A stretch of 53,579 nucleotides of DNA, the filler included, from Basidiobolus ranarum (taxonomy: Eukaryota): NCBI GenBank assembly GCA_040143965.1. It is 3 parts of 3 records of this genome, joined end to end, with 100 filler letters (N's around TTAATTAATTAA, not from the genome) between each part and the next. Parts side by side here need not be neighbours in the genome. Positions count along the whole stretch, not along the records: positions 35,813 to 53,579 come from JASJQH010000292.1; 2 more parts are not named here. One strand, 5' to 3'. The stretch's first letter is position 1. Every line of letters begins with the position of its first letter. Both the position numbers and the translations under genes were made by a program. Under the pieces are notes generated by a model. That model had not been told where the DNA came from, searched no databases, and saw nothing but the letters and a program-made list of their open reading frames with translations. This document shows, in pieces, positions 50,294 through 53,579 of this stretch.

Positions 50294-51832
50294 GTCAGTC
50301 ACACTTTCTTGTTACGATATCAAATTTCCCAATTTCTGTATATTATCTTCTTATTCATAAAGAAACTTCCGATTTACACTTTCCTGGATAACTTCCAAGC
50401 AAAGATTTCAGAGGTTTCTTGGGAATCCTGGAAATAAGGACACTTCAACACCCCCCTTTCTTTCCAGTTTAGTGAGTGAAAGGTCTTACATCTTCCCAGT
50501 GAAGTTTATTCGACAATAATTGACCGTCCAGCAATATCATCAAATGCGTACCATTTGAGCTATAATGCATGCTCTTCACTAATATGGGGAATCCTATTTA
50601 TATACCATCATTAATTTGGCTAGGTATTAATCGAACAATAAAAAACTGTATATGCGAAATCCTCCCTTTTCAAGATTACCTAAGTGGAAATGGTAATTGA
50701 GTGGTGATGATAATGCTTCTTATATCTCAGAACATTGTTGCTGATTTTAACTAAATTTGTCAATTATGTAAACAGAGCTTCAAGAAAGTTGATACCCAAT
50801 GGCCCCATTCACACCAAAATATCCATTTAATTGGAGTAAGTGTTGGTTCTGTGTTCATCCATTACGCAATGAAAAGCCGCTTATCTAATTTGCGACCACT
50901 TGTCAAGTGTCACTGCAATTATCAGATGCACAGAGTAGAAGGTACAAGGAACCCAGAAGTCAATAGACATGCGATTGTACAACTATAATCCTCCTACAAT
51001 CCAGTAGCATATTCAGTAGTACTATGGCAGGCTATGCATGAACTATACCATAAATTGATAGCACTGTGCACCAAAGAAAAAATAGGAACTTAGTTAAGTG
51101 CAGATACTTGCTGCACAAAGAGTATACAGTGGGGGGAGAGGGAACCATCATTAGGAAAAACGAATGAACGTCTCCAATAACTTGGCTAGCGATCTAGGAA
51201 TATTATTTCCGAGATTGCTTGACACTATGTCACCATTCAACCCCATTAGACGTAGGCTGGATTTCTTCGTATGGATGTTCGACAGTTCGTGGAGGCCAGA
51301 TTATTTTTTCAATCACAGTTGATGCCAGAAAAAGGGGACCAAGTACAAGTTTGGGAAACTCTGGATGGTTTCTTGGCAGCGACCAGGTTGAACAATCCTG
51401 CATGTTTTAAGAACTTTCCTAAGAATCATCAGTCCTAGCCTATGATCATCACATTTGCCTATTTCGACTCATAATTTCGTCATGTCGTAATAGGTTGATT
51501 TCCCAAATGTTTCTAAAGTGGTCGATTTCATCTTAGAAGTAGGGTTTGGGATCTCAGTATATAATACTTACTCCAAGGTTCCACCAGCCAAAGCCAGGGA
51601 GGCTATTAGGGATTACATCGCATCTATGGAAATTAAGCACCATCAAAAGTGAAACAGCACTTGCTGTATTACCCCATGGCCTTTTGGGTCCATCCGAGAA
51701 CAGCAACTTGGCAGACGTTTTTATACCCAAGTGCTACAGATATTTAGTTATATAAACTAGGTGCAATAGCTCATCCTTTCAGAAACGTCCTCATAACTAC
51801 TTCCACTTTCATACAAAGTCAATCAATTAACA

Positions 51833-52696
51833 ATGGCTAGTGCATCAGTTCTCAACGCTGTTCTCATTCACGAATTTCCCCACGTGTTAGAACCAGATGT
51901 CCACCAAGAACTTCCCCCATTAACTAAACACGAGTCTGACTGCTTTACTGATCCTTCAGCCAAAATTGCCGATTATGCTCGTACCGTTAAATTCCCTAGT
52001 AAAGCTGAATTTCGTGAAATTTTAGCCGATCGTGAACAAACCAATGAACTATACCAAAGTATCTTGGACACCCGTAAGACTCTCAACGAACTTACTGAAG
52101 AATATGAGAATACTCGTTCCCAAACTATCGGTCATCTTCCTGAAAATTGGACCGTGCGTATTTCTCCATATTTCGAGAGAGCTCACCAGATGGCTCTCCA
52201 TAGATTTCACTCACCACAGTCATCTTATTTCTTGCCCAATAGTGATGATGACATTGTGGCTATAATCAGACAGTGGAATATATTTCCTGAATCCATTTGG
52301 AACTACTCACATGGCAGTGAACTAATACTTGCATGGATCAAGACTACCTATGAACTTGAACGTGCTGCTGTACGCAATAAAGTCCTTGGAATCCGAATGA
52401 GTGTTCGTAAGAATCGTAAACTAGATGGAAAAAGTCTGAGCCAAGAGTTACTTCTCTCCGCCAACCACCCTGTTACACTCCAAGCGATCAAAAAGACAGT
52501 TTTACTACGTGATCTTGCTAAAAGATCAGGTGCCTGGGAAGGGATTAAAACTTTCGATAACAACCAGAAAGAGCAAAAATTCTGGGGAGACTACGTTCAA
52601 GAGTTGCGTACACTTCGCGATATGTCACTTCACCAGGCTGAAGCCCACCTTACAAAGATGATAAAAGATGATCAGAATAGCCATGGAAAGTTTTAG
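51833..52696 (+). CDS. Intronless hypothetical protein, 287 aa
   Basis: Long ORF with ACAATG start and host-like codon usage (CGT, GAA, CTT); helical; no family recognised with certainty. Confidence 0.75.
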   Translation: MASASVLNAVLIHEFPHVLEPDVHQELPPLTKHESDCFTDPSAKIADYARTVKFPSKAEFREILADREQTNELYQSILDTRKTLNELTEEYENTRSQTIGHLPENWTVRISPYFERAHQMALHRFHSPQSSYFLPNSDDDIVAIIRQWNIFPESIWNYSHGSELILAWIKTTYELERAAVRNKVLGIRMSVRKNRKLDGKSLSQELLLSANHPVTLQAIKKTVLLRDLAKRSGAWEGIKTFDNNQKEQKFWGDYVQELRTLRDMSLHQAEAHLTKMIKDDQNSHGKF

Positions 52697-53579
52697 AAAG
52701 AATAGGTTCAAATGAACCATTCCTGATATAAATATAGCGATTTCTGAATTTTATGAACTAAAAGTTATATTTCAAGTATTTAATTATGAGCAATGAAATA
52801 TGTATCCGTATCTACAACCAATGTATATTTAATTGATTGAAGTAAATTTATTAAAAACCTTCTGCACAGTGACTATATTTCTAATCTGTGGATGCGACTA
52901 TCATTCAGACTTTATGAGCTGCAGTATTTAATAAGAGCCTTGAAGCTCTACATATGATCCCAAGTTCATACATGATGGTTACCAATTTGTGAATCGAAAA
53001 TCGATGCAGGAATATCATTTAATATATATTGTGACCCTGGCTACCATTAGATATCTGTATACCAGATCTAGATATAATTATTATAATTTCCAAATACAGC
53101 ACAGCATGTGATACAATCCTGGAATTTTAGTTACCATGAAAATGACCTGGCACGCTGACAATATGCAAATTTTATGATTCAAGCTCAACCTGATAGTGAA
53201 AATTTGGAATCGAACTAAATCGACTCTTTATTATTAGTATTAGGCTGCTTAGTGACAATAGTACTCTTTGTTGAACAACCCTTATAATATGCATGCAAGG
53301 TGGTTTTTGAAGGATTCTTTGAAATACATCGTAACACTCGAGGGTAAATGCTCGCTATTTGGGTTCCTTGTTAGTTTTTATATAAGATCGATTGCTTATG
53401 TTAAACCAAGTTCATTTTTCCAAATTGTTTTGACTGTCTTTTTAACTATACCATCGCTACAGTAACGTTACTTGAGCGATTATATATGGATTAGTTATCT
53501 CCTTGGGGGAATTTACTGTATTTAAATTCTAGTGATTTGCTAGAGATTTATTGATAATTGACTGATTCTTAGAGATATG

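Overview
Eukaryotic, AT-rich, intron-rich DNA from an early-diverging (non-Dikarya) fungus. Zoopagomycota/Mucoromycota-like is an inference from gene content (FIBP, Era GTPase, a U12-type intron); Basidiobolus is plausible but unproven. The window is three separate contigs of 17,828, 17,784 and 17,767 bp joined by artificial 100-nt N-TTAATTAATTAA-N linkers, so adjacency across 17829-17928 and 35713-35812 is not real. Contig 1 carries Copia debris, an intronless orphan ORF, a MIT-domain gene, a formin, a Munc13/C2 protein, ERF4/GOLGA7 and FIBP, then Copia debris again. Contig 2 carries truncated BUD20 + RPL33(eL33), NOP14, ASF1, an ADF-H/PH protein, a GET2/CAML-like gene, ATG6, a TMEM70-like gene, a second near-identical BUD20 + RPL33 block and a 4-TM orphan. 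Contig 3 carries nested Copia elements (347-bp LTR, internal-tRNAiMet-type PBS) fused to the 3' half of allantoicase, then Era, a PHO80-like cyclin, VPS17, a frameshifted and divergent CCA1, a 70-aa sORF and a 287-aa orphan. Best leads: a 70-aa protein with a PKA pseudosubstrate motif (possible fungal PKI-like inhibitor), a minor-spliceosome intron in ERF4, a multibranched RNA structure in the RPL33 intron, a CCA1 with a degenerate A-addition loop, LTRs joined at the same RNase H position in two Copia hosts, and a possible bacterial-type gene remnant. All family calls come from motif recognition by eye; no database search was run.
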